From Octopus vulgaris (taxonomy: Eukaryota): a stretch of 64,000 nucleotides of DNA. The notes under the pieces were generated by a model. It ran no database searches. It was not told where the DNA came from and saw only the letters and a program-made list of their open reading frames with translations. Where the stretch lies: NCBI GenBank assembly GCA_951406725.2, contig OX597818.1, positions 2,542,001 through 2,606,000 of the forward strand. Direction: 5' to 3'. The position numbers and the translations under genes were made by a program. Shown here one piece after another: positions 35,482 to 49,934 of the stretch (positions are counted from its first letter, which is position 1; the number at the start of each line of letters is the position of its first letter).

Positions 35482-38055
35482 ATGTAGGTTCCTAACTGAC
35501 ACAGGAGCAGAAGTCAGTGTGATCCCAGCATTGGCAAGGGACCTCCATTATGGAAAGTGAGGCCACCCTTTAACAGCTGCAACAAGTCCACAATCAAGGT
35601 GTACAGTCACCACATCCTTTCTTTCAACATTGGCTCACAAAAATACACATGGGCATTCACCATCACTGATGTCCATCAGCCATTATCAGGGGAGACTTTC
35701 TTCAAGCACACTTGCTACTGGTTGATTTGCAGGGTAGATAACTCATCAACAGCAACACATACACTTCTGTGTCTCTGGCAGCATCTGCACCCCGCCCCCA
35801 CAGAGCAACCATCTCTCAGACCAAGAATGAATTCTCAAACCTCCTTGTGAATCACTCCAATCTCACTACCCCAACATTCTCCATTCCTGCAACACACCAT
35901 GGAGTGACACACTACATCCCCACCACCAGCCTCTCCCAGTGCACAGCTGTGCACATTATCTATCACTAAACGAACTTGCTATCGCAAATGCCAAGTTTGA
36001 CAATATGGAGCTGTTGGGCATAGTACGTCGATCAAGCAGTCCCTGGTTGTCATCCCTGCATGTGTCCCCCAAACCCAATGGAGGTTATCAATCCCACAGG
36101 GATTACCACCATCTCAATGCTGATACAACATCAGACTGCACCCTATTCCACACATACAGGATTTCTCAGCCCAACTTGCAGGGTGCTTGGTTTTCCTGAA
36201 GGTCGACCTCATCCGAGGTTACCACCAAATACCAGGGCAAGATGATGATGTACTGAAAACCACCATGATCATTCCTTTTGGTCTGTATGAATTCCTACGT
36301 ACACTCTTTAGCCTGAAAAACATAGCACAATCCTTCTGCTTGATGGACACAGTATGCAGAGGTCTTGATTTTGTCTTTGCATATTTAGATGATATCCTTA
36401 TCACAAGCCAAAATGCAGAGCTACACAAGAAGCACCTAGTGGCTCTTTTTTGATAGACTGGAACAGTATAGCCTAGTAATCAACCCTGCCAAATATGTTT
36501 TTGGTGTTACAGAAATTAACTTCTTGGGACATCGAATCACAGGTGCAGATGCTACACCCCTACCAGAAAAAGTGAAAGCTATCATATCTTTTCCACACCC
36601 CACCACAAGCAAGGCTCTATGCTAATTTCTGAGCTTGGTAAACTTTTACCATTTTTTCCATCCGTTTTGTAGCAAGAGTGATGAGACTCCTATACAAGGC
36701 ACTGTCAAAAGATGGTTAAAAAAAACAGGTGAAGTGGGATGGTGCAATGATCTCAGCCTTCAAATCCACAAAACAGGCTCTGGCTAAAGCAACCATGTTG
36801 TCCCATCTTCATATGTCAGCATGGACTGCACTTACAGTTGACACACCCGACACAGCCTTTGGGGGTATTTTGGAACAACACATCAACAGTCAGTGGTGAC
36901 CAATCACCTTCAGTCGACAAATATGACCCCCTGAACAGAAATACAGTGCTTTTGACAGGGAACTACTGGTTGTCCATCTAAGTGTCTGCCACTTTCGTTA
37001 TTTCCTTGAAGGCTGCACGGTTACAGTGTTCACAAACCACAAACCACTCCCCTTTGCTATGAGCAAGCTCTCAGAGCTTTGGTTTGCATGCCAGCAATAA
37101 CAGCTATCGGCCATTTCTGAGTACACTACAGACATCCAAGATATAGCTAGAAAGGACAACCAAGTCACCAATGCACTCTCTAGTGCTCCTACATGTTCTC
37201 ACACCTACGTAGCTCCAATAACAGAAGGCCTGGATTACATGGCTATGGCTACAGCCCAACAGACAGATGAGATCAGGCCCTACAACACTGCCATCACATA
37301 ATTTTCCTTGCAGAATGTGCACATTGGCTCCAACGGCACAACCCTACTGTGTGAAGCCACAACCGATTGTCCCATCAGCCTAGTGCAGGAACGTTTTCGA
37401 TGTCATTCACAGACTGTCCCACCCAGGTACTACAACCACACAACACCTGCTGATAAGCAGATTTATCTGGAATGGTAAGGCCAAGCAAATTGGAAAGTGG
37501 ACCAAAATTCGCATCCCCTGTCAACAAGCCAAGGTTCACCAGCACACCAAAGCACCCCTTGGCAACTATGAACCACCACAGGCCTGTTTCAGCCACGTCA
37601 ATATCAATCTTGTTAGTCCCTTGTCAACCATCACAAGGTTGCTTATACCTACTGACCTTGGTAGACCGCTACACTCATTGGCCTGTGGCTATCCCTCTCT
37701 GCAACCGAGCCTTCATTGCAAACTGAGTCACCCGTTTTGGTGTCTCAGGCAGCCTCTCATCTAATCGGGGTCCACAATTCACCTCAAAGCTGTGGAAGAT
37801 GTGTGACCATTTAGGAATCACAATGAACCACACAACAGCCTATCATCCACATTGCCACCTGAAGGAATCCCTGACAACCAGACTTAACAGGCCCAGTTGC
37901 ATGGTGATGCTGGGAAACCACACCACCTCAAAAGAAAATCTCAGCAGCTGAAATGAGCCTGTGGTGATTCATAGCTGCCAAGGGGTGCTTTGGTGTGCTG
38001 ATGAACCTTGGCTTGTTGACAGGGGATGCGAGTTCTGGTCCACTCTCCAATTAAA
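35482..38055 (+). mobile_element. Decayed Gypsy/Ty3 pol (PR-RT-RH-IN) without visible LTRs
   Basis: FLTDTGAEVSVIP protease; SSPWLSSLH, VDLIRGYHQIP, PFGLYEF, FAYLDDILI (RT); KYSAFDREL, NHKPL (RH); LTLVDRYTHWPVA, NRGPQFTS (IN). Confidence 0.9.
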
Positions 38056-38352
38056 ACGCCTTCCTGGTTCCAATGACAGTCAACAGTTCTGGGGGAGGGG
38101 AAGCTATGTAGAGCAGGGTTTATGACAGACAATCTGCAGACAGGAACTTTGCTGCAGGCTAGCTAGGGATCTGGTCTGCAGTGAAGTAGACTTTCAGTCG
38201 AGAGGGCTTCAAAGAGGCAGAAGTAACTGGTGGCTGTCACCCTGATGTACTTACGGGAATAGATCTTTCACTAATACATTCTCGTCTCTGTGAGTTTATT
38301 TGTGTGTAGCTTAACAAAGCTATACTCATTTCTTTCTGATATGTGTCTATGC

Positions 38353-41029
38353 CAGTGGTTCCCAAACTATGAGTCACGACCCATCTGTGGGTCGCGAACG
38401 GAATCTTAGTAGGTGGCAAAAAGTTATAAAATTACGCATTAGCTTTGATTAACTACTGTCTATCGAGATAGTTCAAGACTTATGTTTTCAATACCAGACT
38501 TGTTTTATCAAGCAGAAAGCCTTTTCATGAACTTAACAAATCAGAGGTTGTCATTTTCTCAAGTTATTTATTCGTACGTAATCGTAAAAAGGAAAGGTCT
38601 GTTTTTACCTATTTATTGAGAACTTTAACAAGGCGAAGTATAACACTGATCGAGCCGATAATAGTTACTACTTCAAGGTTTTGTATTAGTGTTAGTATTT
38701 ACACATAGGGGATAGAGACATTGAAACAGGTATAAAACGTTTTGTATCACATTTAATATAAATAGCAAAAAATTTTAATAAATAAGACATTATGGATTTC
38801 ACTAGTAAGTTTATAAATTATTTAAAAAGTATGGGAGTGATCACCAGGGGGCTATCAATTAGCCAAAGAAATGATTGGAATAGACAGCAGCTAGACGGTA
38901 GATAGATCAATAGAGTCTATCAGATAAACGGTTTAAATAGCATCACATCAACTGAAATGACGTTTATCATTAATTGTAGAAGTTCGCATGATCCCAAACA
39001 TTGTATTTTAATTCTGTCAAATCTCTCGGTAAATCGAAATTATCTGTCCTTCTAAATTCGATTTTTTCGTATTTACTCAGTCCTTCATATTATGGATAAA
39101 TGGTTAAAAAAGTCAGTTGAAGCTGATGACGAAGAGTCTTCAGTGGATCGAAATGAAGAAAAGACCAATCAAAACTAAGCCAGTCAAAGCGAAGAAAAGT
39201 ATTAAGAAAGTATGATTACGAGTACTTAAAAATGGGATTTACATGGAATGGAGTTGAAGAAGATCCACAACCACGATGCATCATTTGTTATGAACAACTT
39301 GCAAACGAGAGCATGCGTCCAAACAAATTGCGTCGTCATCTTGAGACTAAGCACTCTGAGTTAAAAGACAAGCCTCTCGATTTTTTTGAGCGAATGTTAA
39401 CCAAGTTAAAGATAGGATAGAGCATTATGCAACACTACACCAAAGTAAATGAAAAATCTCTGTATGTGTCTTACTTGATCAGTTTAAGAATCGCAAAAAC
39501 TGGTAAGCCACACAAAATTGGGGAGACTAGTTCTTCCAGATACAGTTAAAGTTTTCTTTGGTGATAAGAGTGAACAAGAAATTGAATCAATTCCTATTTC
39601 TAATAACACAGTCACGCATAGAATTGATGAAATGTCTCAATGGGTAGAAAATCGAGTTATTGAACAGATTCGTGGAAGTCTTTTTTTTTCTTTACAACTT
39701 GATGAATCTACTGATGTACAAGGTTTGTGCCAGCTACTTGTTTTTGTACATTACAAATGGAACTTTGTACCTCATGAAGATATGTGGTTCGGTGAACCTG
39801 TCAGTCGAAGTACCAACGATGAAATTTTAATACAGTTAATACTTATATAAGAGCAAAAAAATCTTGATTGGCATAAATGTGTCGGAATATGTACAGACGG
39901 CGCACAGGCTATGTGCGGTAGAAATAGTGGTATGGTGACCAGAATACTTGAACTTAATCCCAATGCATCATGGACTCACTGTAACCTTCACAGGGCAGCG
40001 TTAGTTTCAAAACTGATAATTTTGAAAATGTTTTGAATAATTCAGTCAAAATAGTGAACTTTATTAAGTCAAAGCCTTTGCAATCACGCCTATTTCAGAA
40101 GTTGTGCGAAGAGATGGGAAGCGATCATAAATCACTTCTTTTGCACACAGAAATATAATGGCTCTCTAGGGGAAAAGTGTTAACAAGACTTGCAGAACTC
40201 TGCAAAGAAGTAGCTATATTTTTAGAAGATAAAAGCGATTTTGCAAAATATTTGCGCGATGAAGAATTTGTTCTGAGGCTTACGTATTTAGCAGATATTT
40301 TTTCGAAATTAAACGACCTGAATTTGTATTTACAAGGAACAGAAGGTATCAGTATATTTGCAATTCATGAGAAAATTCGAGGTTTTATGAAAAAACTTGT
40401 CTTGTGGAAAAATCGTATTAACAACCGAAATTATGACTGTTTTGAAACTTTTGTAATGGAGAATAAAGCAAAAGTTGATGATGGTATAATCATTGAGATA
40501 TCTGAACACTTGAATAAGTTAAATGAAAGTTTTGAATTTTATTTTCATAAAGAGATGAATACTATGCAACAGAAAAGATGGATTATGAACCCCTTTCAGC
40601 CTGACGTGACGACTGGAATATCAACAAAAGCCGATGAGGAACTTATCGATTTAACACCTGAAAATTGGTACAGTTCTGGGCGTCTCTTCAAACCTCGTAC
40701 CCAATCATTTTCACCGAAGCATTAAAAGTACTTCTCCCTTTCACATCATCTTATATTTGTGAAGCTGGATTTTCAGCAATGGTTGGGATTAAAAGCAAAT
40801 ATCAAAATAAACTGCAGCTCTCAAATTCTTTATGCCTGAAACTATCACGCATTGAACCTGATGTTAATTCTATTATTGAGCGTAGCAAGAAACAGGCTCA
40901 TCCTTCTCACAGGCCTCACTGAAGATGTAATCTGAAATAAATTTGTTAAGTAGAGTAGAGTAAAGTGGGTCGTCATAAACTGGTGTGATAAATAGTGGGT
41001 CGTGACTCTAAAAAGTTTGGGAACCACTG
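38353..41029 (+). mobile_element. hAT (Buster/Charlie-type, ZBED5/SCAND3-like) DNA transposon, transposase disrupted
   Basis: 16-bp TIRs CAGTGGTTCCCAAACT; perfect 8-bp TSD GTCTATGC (38345-52, 41030-37); BED finger PRCIIC...LRRHLETKH, LQLDESTD, CTDGA, YLADIF, SYICEAGFS. Confidence 0.97.
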
Positions 41030-41944
41030 GTCTATGCTTTTCAATATTTTTTTCTCCTTATAAACACATTTAATGGAATGATGATGCACTCAAGGGCAGT
41101 CTGTATTTCAAACTCTGAATTCAGAAAACATTAGAAAAAAAGTGGAACTTTTAGGATTTATGGGGTTAAAAATTTTTTTCCTTCCATAATCATATGAATT
41201 CCCATGTGTAGAACACAAATTCACAAAAATTTTCTGAAAATTCCAAAAATAAAAAAAATATGAGGGGTTATATGGGGTGCTTAAACCAGAATTCCTCTTT
41301 TTCTTCTGAAGTGCTGAAGTTTTAATGCCTTGTGAGGCAGAGATCAAAAGCCTGCCTAATGAAAGGATTTAAAACTTTCTTCATAGTTGGACATATCTAT
41401 ATGAGAAATAATATTTAGTCAATTTGCATGTTTGTTTTATTGCTGATTCTGGTATATTTTGTACAATTTTTCAGTATTGGAGAGTATATATTTTATCCTT
41501 TATCTTTTACTTGTTTCAGTCACTTGACTGTGGCCATCTGTCTGTCTGTCCATCCATCCATCTATCCATCGTTCATCCATCCATTGACCTTCTTTCAGTT
41601 TCCATCTACCAAATCCACTTACAAGGCTTTGGTCGGCCCAAGGTGTCACACAGTGGGACTAAACCTGGAACCATGTGGTTGTGAAGCTAACTTCTTACCA
41701 TGCAACCACAAATGTTCTGTTTCCTAGGTCTGTCATTTTGTTAGCATTAGAACATATGAACAACTACTGGCTACTGTAATACAATTTGATAACAGCTTTG
41801 CTAGAGTAGTAAAATCTCAGAACCATCTGAATTCCGTAATTGCTACAAAAACTGTTGACTGGCAGTAAATTCAGATAACTATCAATCACTGGAAAGCAGC
41901 ATCAATTCAGCTCCATAACAGATCAGTAGAGAAAAGTCATAATA

Positions 41945-42859
41945 TTGGGTCATCCCATAAATAATGCAATTTTTTCAATCACATGCACTAAAAGTTGGAG
42001 GGGGATGGGATAAACTATCTGCATCAGCTTACTATAAAAACAGGTAGTAATTTTACCTTGTACTTATTCTTAGTGCAAATTTTGAAGATTGCAGTTCAAT
42101 TTTAACACTTATTTTTTCAAAGCTATAATGGAAGTGACAAAAGAGCATATTCAGCATATTTTGCTCTATGAGTTCAATAAAGGCAACAATGCAATGGAAA
42201 GTGTGAGGAATATTAATGCAGTATATGGGAATTGGACAATAAGGGTAAGCCAATGTCAATGATTGTTCCAGAAATTCCAAGCCTAGAAGATGATTCTTGT
42301 CCTGGAAGATTTGTAGAGCTTGATGAGGACATCCTAACAAACCCTGGTGGAACAAAATTCCATTGTAACTGTTGAGGAACGAGCAGAGAAGCTTGGATTT
42401 GGTCATTCAACCATTCATTGACACCTGCATGCCATTGGAAAACGACCATCTTTTGGTTTCAAGACAAAAGGTGTTCTTCCATCAGGATAATGTTCAGCCA
42501 CATACAGCAAGGATGACATTCCAAAGGTTGGAGCAGTTTGAATGGGAAACAATGCCCCACCTACCATATTTGCTGGACATTGCCCCTTCTGATTATCATT
42601 TATTCCGCACTCTTCAAAATCATTTGGACAGAAAAAATATGAATTCTGTAGATGAGGTCAGAACAGTACTGGAAGAGTATTTTTAATCATGGACAAGTGA
42701 ATTTTGGAAGAGGGGCTTTGCAAGTCTACCAGATAAATGGAAGAACATTGCAGAAAATTAAGGAGAGTACATTTTAGATTAAAAAGGAACTTTCTTTATC
42801 TTATAATTTTGAAAAATAAAAGAAGTATAAGAAAACATATTATTTATGGAATGATCCAA
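41945..42859 (+). mobile_element. Internally deleted mariner with both TIRs
   Basis: TTGGGTCATCCCATAAATAAT / ATTATTTATGGAATGATCCAA with TA flanks; FHQDNVQPH and PYLLDIAPSDYHLF motifs. Confidence 0.9.
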
Positions 42860-43973
42860 TATATAGTGGTAGAAAAAGATATCATCAAGAGTCCTGTCCC
42901 TTGAACCAACAAGCAACCAAGTTCCCAGTTTGGAGAAAATCAGTTGTGAACTTCAGAATTTCAGTGGATTTACACACACATACATCAATTATAATATTCA
43001 TAATTTTATTGAATCATAAATAATAATTTCTTCCCTGAAAATAATCATTTTTTCAAGGTTGTCCCTTTTTTAAACATGGCTTAGATATAGCTTTACTCAG
43101 AGTAGTTATTAATCATGAACAATATCTAAATACCTCCAGTGTTTGAGGTTCTGCGCTGCTACATTATCTTTAAGCCACAGTTCTTTTAGATTCTATTAGA
43201 AACCTTAACAGACTGATTCACAGACTTCCCTATAGAGGAAGAACAATGGTTTTTGTTCACATCAAAAACCTACAAACCAATAAAAAGAGACCTGCTAAAA
43301 ATGTGCCAATGTGGTAGTATCTATAGAGATACTCACTGTGCTAGAAACAGCAGCAAAAGTGAAAAGAGAAAGAGATTAACAAAAGTAGTTATAAGGAAAG
43401 GAAACAAAGCTCTGCATGAAAGCGCCTAAGATGGTGGGGCAGTTCAGAACAAGTTAATACAATTAAAAAATGGTAATTCAACAAATTTGGTGGGTCAGCA
43501 ACATATGTTTTAATTGGGTCTTACAGATTAGATATTTTAGGAACTCCAAGCTGGCCACCAAATGGAAAATCTTTGAGGAAACAAAATAAACAGAAAGAAA
43601 ATCACAACAGAATTAAACAAGATTACCATCTCCTGTATTACATATCTGCCAAGGTCCATGCAGTGCCATACTCCATGTTACTGATATTAAGTTTAGTATT
43701 TGACATGTTGACACTCAGACCCAAGAAAATAAACCAAACTTCATGTTTTGCTTTCTTTATACAGCAATGCTTCAACAGATTCAGCAATGAGAATCATATC
43801 ATCACCATCACTGTCATTATCATCATCATTAGCAGCATCTACCATATTTCTGAGTATAAATAAGACATTAACATATATATATATATATATATTGGAAGAA
43901 TGTGAAAGACACAGAACAGTAAAGTATTTTGTGTGACCAAATAAAAATAGAAATATCACTAAAATTGGCTTAC

Positions 43974-46900
43974 TTGTAACAATCCAAAAATGTTGAAAAT
44001 AAAGGCTGTTGTTGAGCTGCATGTTTCGAGAAGACATTTCCAATACAGATGAAGTAGAAACATAAAATTCAGTTTTTTGCATGGAACTACTTTCTGTAGC
44101 AGTCAAAAGATTTGAAATTCTCTTTGTTTCAGAGTTATTATTATTCAATGACTCCTGTTTTGTTGAAGTATTGGTATTAATTGATGCTAAAGTATAATTT
44201 GATATCAACAAAGTTGCCATTTGTTTGGATGAAAGTGTTAAATTACTTGAAGTGAATAAACTAGAATTAGATATATTTGAGGAAGATTTCGGGTTTGAAT
44301 TATCTTCACTAATAAAACTTGATGATACAAGCATAGATGTCTGAGATGAATACAGATAACTAAATTCTGGAATTAAATGGTTTGATTCTTTATCTTCACT
44401 AATAAAACTTGACAACACAAACAGTGGTATCTGAGACGAATATAGATAAACAGATTCTGATGATGAATATATAGATTCCAGTTGATAGTCAATGTCAGAA
44501 TGTAAGGTTGATACCAAACTATTATGCATGGTAAAATTGGTGACAGCAACATTTATCATTGAAGAATCATAAACAGGATTCACTGAATTACTGGAGTAGG
44601 ATGATGCCAATATGGAAGTATTTCCATTTTCTGTAGAACTAATGAAATCTGAACTTTGTGAGGAAGTAGATGTTGTTGGAGAATATTTGAAATTTGATTC
44701 TATGGTATTTCCAAAAACTGGAGGCGTAATCAATGGCAATTCTTGTGTAAACTGATCAATCATAGAAGATATTTCAATTATTTCAAGAGAATATAGTGAA
44801 AATTTTGGATCATCAAACTGAATGGAATTAGGCAGAAAAGGATTTGAATAAATTACTTCAGGAGTTAATGATGTACTAATTAAGTTCTTCAATGATGTTA
44901 GAGGTAATAAAGACTTAGAGAAATAAATATTTTCAGGTATTTCTAAAGTTGAAGAACTTGAATATGAATCAATTAATTCTGGAATATGGCTGGAAATAAC
45001 ATGATTGGAATAACTCTGAGTTTTATCAAATGAATCTTTTGGTGCTGTAGTAATTTCCAATTTTGAGCGTAAGCTATCATAAACATAACTATCATGCCCC
45101 TCACTGAAGACATTTGATTTGGTCATAGTAAGAGATGGTTGGAAATTTTCAGGAGAGGTTTGCAATATTTGTTCAGAATCTGAGTAAAAGATCATATTAG
45201 GTGAAGAAAATTTGTTCATAAGATCAAAATTAACTGGACTTTGAAAACTTAATGGCATTTGAATCTGTGAAGAAGCTAAAGATAGTTCAGATAAATCAGT
45301 AATAGGAATGTATGTGTGAGTAGATGGTTGTAAAAGTTCCATGCTGTGAGAAGGTTGAGTATGAAATGAAAGACCTGAATTTAGTAAATGAAATAATTCT
45401 TCTGAAGATGAAGTAAAGGAAGTGTCTGTATTAGTTTTTCCTAAAGACACAAATGATGGGAAAATATTTTGTAAGGTCCTCAATAAAAGGTCCTCAGCAT
45501 TAACTAAACTCACAGCCTCAGATGGTTCCAATATTTCTGTATTTGATAAGTGAGGAGATTCTTTTGTATCAAATTCATCTATTGTCATAGATTCTGTATA
45601 CAAATTCTCCAAGAAATATTGTAACATGCTTTGGGTAGGATTTACAATATCTGTTGTTCGATGTCTCAAAGTTGGAACTAAATTATCACTATTAGAGCCA
45701 AAAAGATTAGCTTCAGGTGATTTCATTATCACTGGCTCAAGTTTTGATTTCCAAAATTCATTAGATACATCCCAAATTTCAGACTTTAATGATGGTAGTA
45801 ATGATTGATTATCGTTAAAATGAGACATTGGTATGATAGACTGATACAAATTATTGTGAAAAGATTTCTGAAAATTGAAAGAGTTGCTTAACCATTTTGC
45901 TTGTTGTTGAGGTATTTCAGAAATGGCAGCAGCAGTTGCCATATATAAAAGCTCTTTACTATCAAAATGTATTTGAGATTCATCAAAATAAGCTGAGATC
46001 AACTGAGATATGGTTAGTTTGATAAATTTTGGCTGATGTAATGAATTAGATTCCAATGAATTAGTAATAGGTCTTCTAAAAGTGGAAGAAGCTGGATCAT
46101 TCACTGAGGCAAAAGTATTTCCTGATAGAGAGAACTTCAAATCAGAAAATGGTCTCTCATTTGTGGTAAAATGTTTAAATGGGCTCAAATAACTCTGGGA
46201 TATTGCACTTTGAAAAGATCCCAAGAAATGGTCATTGTATAAGAATATTTGATTTTTATTGATTGGATACAGACTTTCTATTTCATCTATTTGAGATATT
46301 TGTGATTGTGAAGGATGGAGAACAAATAGTTTAGTTTGATCATATTTATATGGTGACATACTTTCTGTCTTAGAATTAGCCCATAGCATTTGTTGGGTAG
46401 AATAAATTATTAGAGCGCCGTGGAGATTCTCTGTCTCAGTAGAGACAGACTTTTTGGTTATAAGATCTTTCAATGTAGATAAAGAATAAAAATTCTTCTG
46501 AGTAAAATATTGTTTTGCATTAAGATCAAAATCTGATCGAGTTTGCGTCTCTGAGAGAAGTTTACTTGTAGTTTGAAAAATAGGGGATATATAAGGCTGT
46601 GATGATTTCAAAGCAAATGATGATGAAAATATTTGTGATTCTGACATCATTTCATCAAATGGAGAGTCTGAATTAATTTGAGTGTGTGGCTGTTGTTTAA
46701 AACTATATACATAACTAGTATTTATATTCAATAGTCTGCTGTTAATATTTAAAGAACTGACTCCAGTAGAAATGGTATAGATCTGTGAATCAAATTTACT
46801 TTGGTTGATGTTCTGCTCCTTCATTAATGGTTTCATTTTGACAACAGGAAAGTTTTCTAATGCCATAGAATCATTTAAATTTTCTAGTGCTAAAATAGAT

Positions 46901-47387
46901 TTCAATATTTGGCTAGTTGAATCCAGTAACAAGGAATTAGATACAGGAAAAAAGTTATCAAGTGGTTGGAAATATGGATTAAACATATCTGAAATGGAGC
47001 TGTCACCTTCAGATACAAATTCAGTTTGTGATATTCCAATGGAATGTAAATTATTAGGGTCTTCAATATTGGCAGTAAGACTGTTAAACATAGAAATTGA
47101 AAGACAAGCTGTAACTAAAGACGATGCCAAAGAAATTGAGGGCCCATTGGTTTGTAAATTATTTGAGGAAAGTAAAATAGATGAACTAGACTGGAAATAA
47201 GAAGAACTAGAAGGACTAAGAAGAACTTCAAGTTGATATTGCTGAAGGAATGATTTGGTTTGAGCTTGTGTAAAACTAGAAAACAAATTCACTGAAGTTT
47301 CGACTGATGAAGCATCATCTTTGAAATACATCAATATACCAGATGTTCTGTCATCTTTTGACTTGTCAAATATTGTAAATAGAGAAC
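43974..47387 (-). CDS. KIAA1549: KIAA1549/UPF0606-like gene, 3414-nt Ser/Thr-rich mucin-like exon ending ...FQHFWIVT
   Basis: 1197-aa uninterrupted ORF in AT-rich DNA; acceptor ctttctctttcttttcag at 47388; donor A|gtaagc at 43973; phase 1/1; terminal WIVT resembles the W(I/V)xT start of the KIAA1549-family SEA-like module. Confidence 0.85.
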
Positions 47388-48127
47388 CTGAAAAGAAAGA
47401 GAAAGTATATATTTACTTACAAATATATCTCTGTAAAGATATAATATATTTCTTATTATAATAGTATCATTTAGTAATTTGTATAAAGATATACAGCAAA
47501 CTATCCAATAGTAATGCATACAAAGATATACAGTAAACACTTGTTTTGTTCTATAGGCTTTTTGTGATTATATGTTTGCCCTTTCAAATCTATTTTGCAT
47601 TTACAATAAACAAATCCCTATCAAGTTTCACAGTTGTAATAGTTTGGATTATTCAATGTTAACAACATTAGTGAGAGTCAGGGTTCTGTCATCTCTGACT
47701 TCATTAACCTTTATATTAATGCTGTTATCTTCACTGGCACACTACAGACATGGAAGACAATGACAGCCTCTACATGTCATCTTGCTTAAAATTACAACTT
47801 AATCTCCCTCAAATCACACTCTACCATTTTGAAAAAGGAAGAACACATTGGATGGGTTGTAAATAAGTAAGTGGGATGGTCACAGCTGGAATGCCTTAAA
47901 TCATAGATCAACTCAATCAAGAATGACTAAGAGCTAAACAATAGCATTCACTTTCTGTATATAGGCTTTGTCCTACGAAATTCTTCATCGGGAATCACTT
48001 TATTTTCCCTTTAATGGCATTGTTTTGTTCTTGTTTAACCCTAAGCCAACCCCTAAGTAAGCATATGTGTGGTACTCATAAAGTCAGTGAAACAATTAGG
48101 TGTAATCTATTTCAGTTAATTCCATAC

Positions 48128-48236
48128 CTCTGCCAAACTGAAAAACTATACAGTACATCCCAACATGCAATGTTTGTCGTATGAGATCCATTTTAACAAT
48201 CCAGACATACTGCTTCCCTGTACACAAACAATTCAT
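48128..48236 (-). CDS. KIAA1549/UPF0606-like gene, putative first coding exon (MNCLCTGKQYVWIVKMDLIRQTLHVGMYCIVFQFGR)
   Basis: ATG at 48236 with an in-frame TGA just upstream; phase-1 donor AG|gtatgg at 48127 matches the phase-1 acceptor of the next exon; weak signal-peptide-like stretch; acceptor (tttttttag) at 48361 implies an upstream 5'UTR intron. Confidence 0.55.
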
Positions 48237-49934
48237 GTTTGTGTATCAGATATTTTTGGTGGTAGCCACAGAGGGCATGACCAGGATTAATTCAGTCGCA
48301 GCATGGCAGGTTTTCCTTCAAATTCTCATTGGTGAGATACATCTTAGCACATTGATATTGCTAAAAAAATATATATTGGGGTACATCTTAACACATTGTT
48401 GTTATTAGTATATGAAGCAGCATCTACTTTTTGAGCAGGCATAAGTTAAAAAGAATGAGGGAAAGGAGAGATTCTTTTATCTTCATTCAAAGAAAGTAAA
48501 TATTATGGTTGTGCAATTATTGTACACTACAAAGGATTGGCAAAAGAGAAATGAGTTGCTCTAACTGTATTGCTGTTATTCTTAAGACATGAATGGTGAC
48601 TTGAAAGACAATTTGCTACACAACAGTTCATGTTTTTTTCTTGAGGAAATGATAAGTATTTTGTTTTTAATATTGCAGCTACCCACTTGTTAATGATGCA
48701 GTTACAGCTGCAGGGCACTGTTGGTTCATGGTTGCTTTGTTGTTATAGAATTTTGCTTAGCACCCTGACACTTAGCAAGACAAGCAACTAATGAGGTGTT
48801 TTAGTGTCATGTTTATAAGTGGGTAGAGAAACAACTGAATGTGTTGATCATTGAAGTTACTATGACAATGATTATGACGAAGTGATATACTTGAAACCAA
48901 TTTAGTGTTAGTTGTGTTATGAACCCATACTCAAATATCAAAGTTTAAAAGGTTTTAATCGACTAAAAATACAGCAATATATAATACAAACAAAGATTGC
49001 TAAATTGTAAGCAAAACCAAACTTCAACGCAATAACATTTCTTATGCAGCGAGTTTCTACATTCTCAACTAACTAAAATCAACACTGAACATGTCGTCTG
49101 CAAACAGAACAGAACTCCACGCAGTCGCAGTGCAGGCATATAGCAGCAATCGAGACAATCAAAATCACGTAATCAAGACTAAAATCACAAGTTGTAAGTG
49201 AATTAGTAACAGGGTGATTACAAGACAGCTGTCATTGCTGTTGTGTATCTCCATCTCAATCCTGATTGAGCAAATCTAGTAGACCAGCCATGACCATCCT
49301 GTCATGTTAGGACTAACTAGGACTACATTATCTAATGTGTCCTTCCCTTCCAGGCTGTGACCAAGTCATCTTACTCTGATATTAAACAACAACTGTATAA
49401 CAAGCCATTCAGAACACCTCAGTATGGTTGCATTTCATACTATAAATAGCAACCAAATCTCCCTGCCATCTTTAAGCAAAATGGAATATGTTAGATAGTG
49501 TAGTCCTAGATATATTTTGCATGAAGAAGAGGATGGTCATATCTAGAATGTCTATGATCATAGAACTACTCAATTAGGACTGTCCTGGAGTTAAACAACA
49601 ACAACAAAAAGCCTGTCATTAAAATTAAGCTTGCAGAAATTCAGGTATTATTACTAATTATGTGGATTGGTAGGCTTGTTAGTGCATTACACAAAATATC
49701 TTGCAGTATGGTTTTGGCTCTTTATGTTCTGAGTTCAAATCTTGCTAATTTCAGTTTAACCTTTCAGCCTTCCAGGTTTGATAAAATAAAGTACAGTCAA
49801 GTACTGAGGTAGATTTAATCGACTGACCCCAACCCCAAATTTCCAGTCTTGTATCTTTCTTAGAAGGTGCTACTCAGCTACTGCGATCAACTGAGAGCAG
49901 AATTGGCACATATATCATTCCATCCTTAATACCT

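Noticed and set aside
39092-40922. Domesticated ZBED5/SCAND3-like gene
   Set aside because: Multiple stops and frameshifts plus intact TIRs and TSD show a dead transposon copy
43741-43973. C-terminal hydrophobic extension of the 1197-aa ORF (possible TM)
   Set aside because: Read-through past a strong GTAAG donor into intronic (TA)n/(GAT)n sequence; the spliced form continues the conserved module
48527-48718. Cys-rich 63-aa ORF as an upstream host exon
   Set aside because: No convincing splice sites; it lies in the predicted 5'UTR intron and the frame upstream of 48236 is closed
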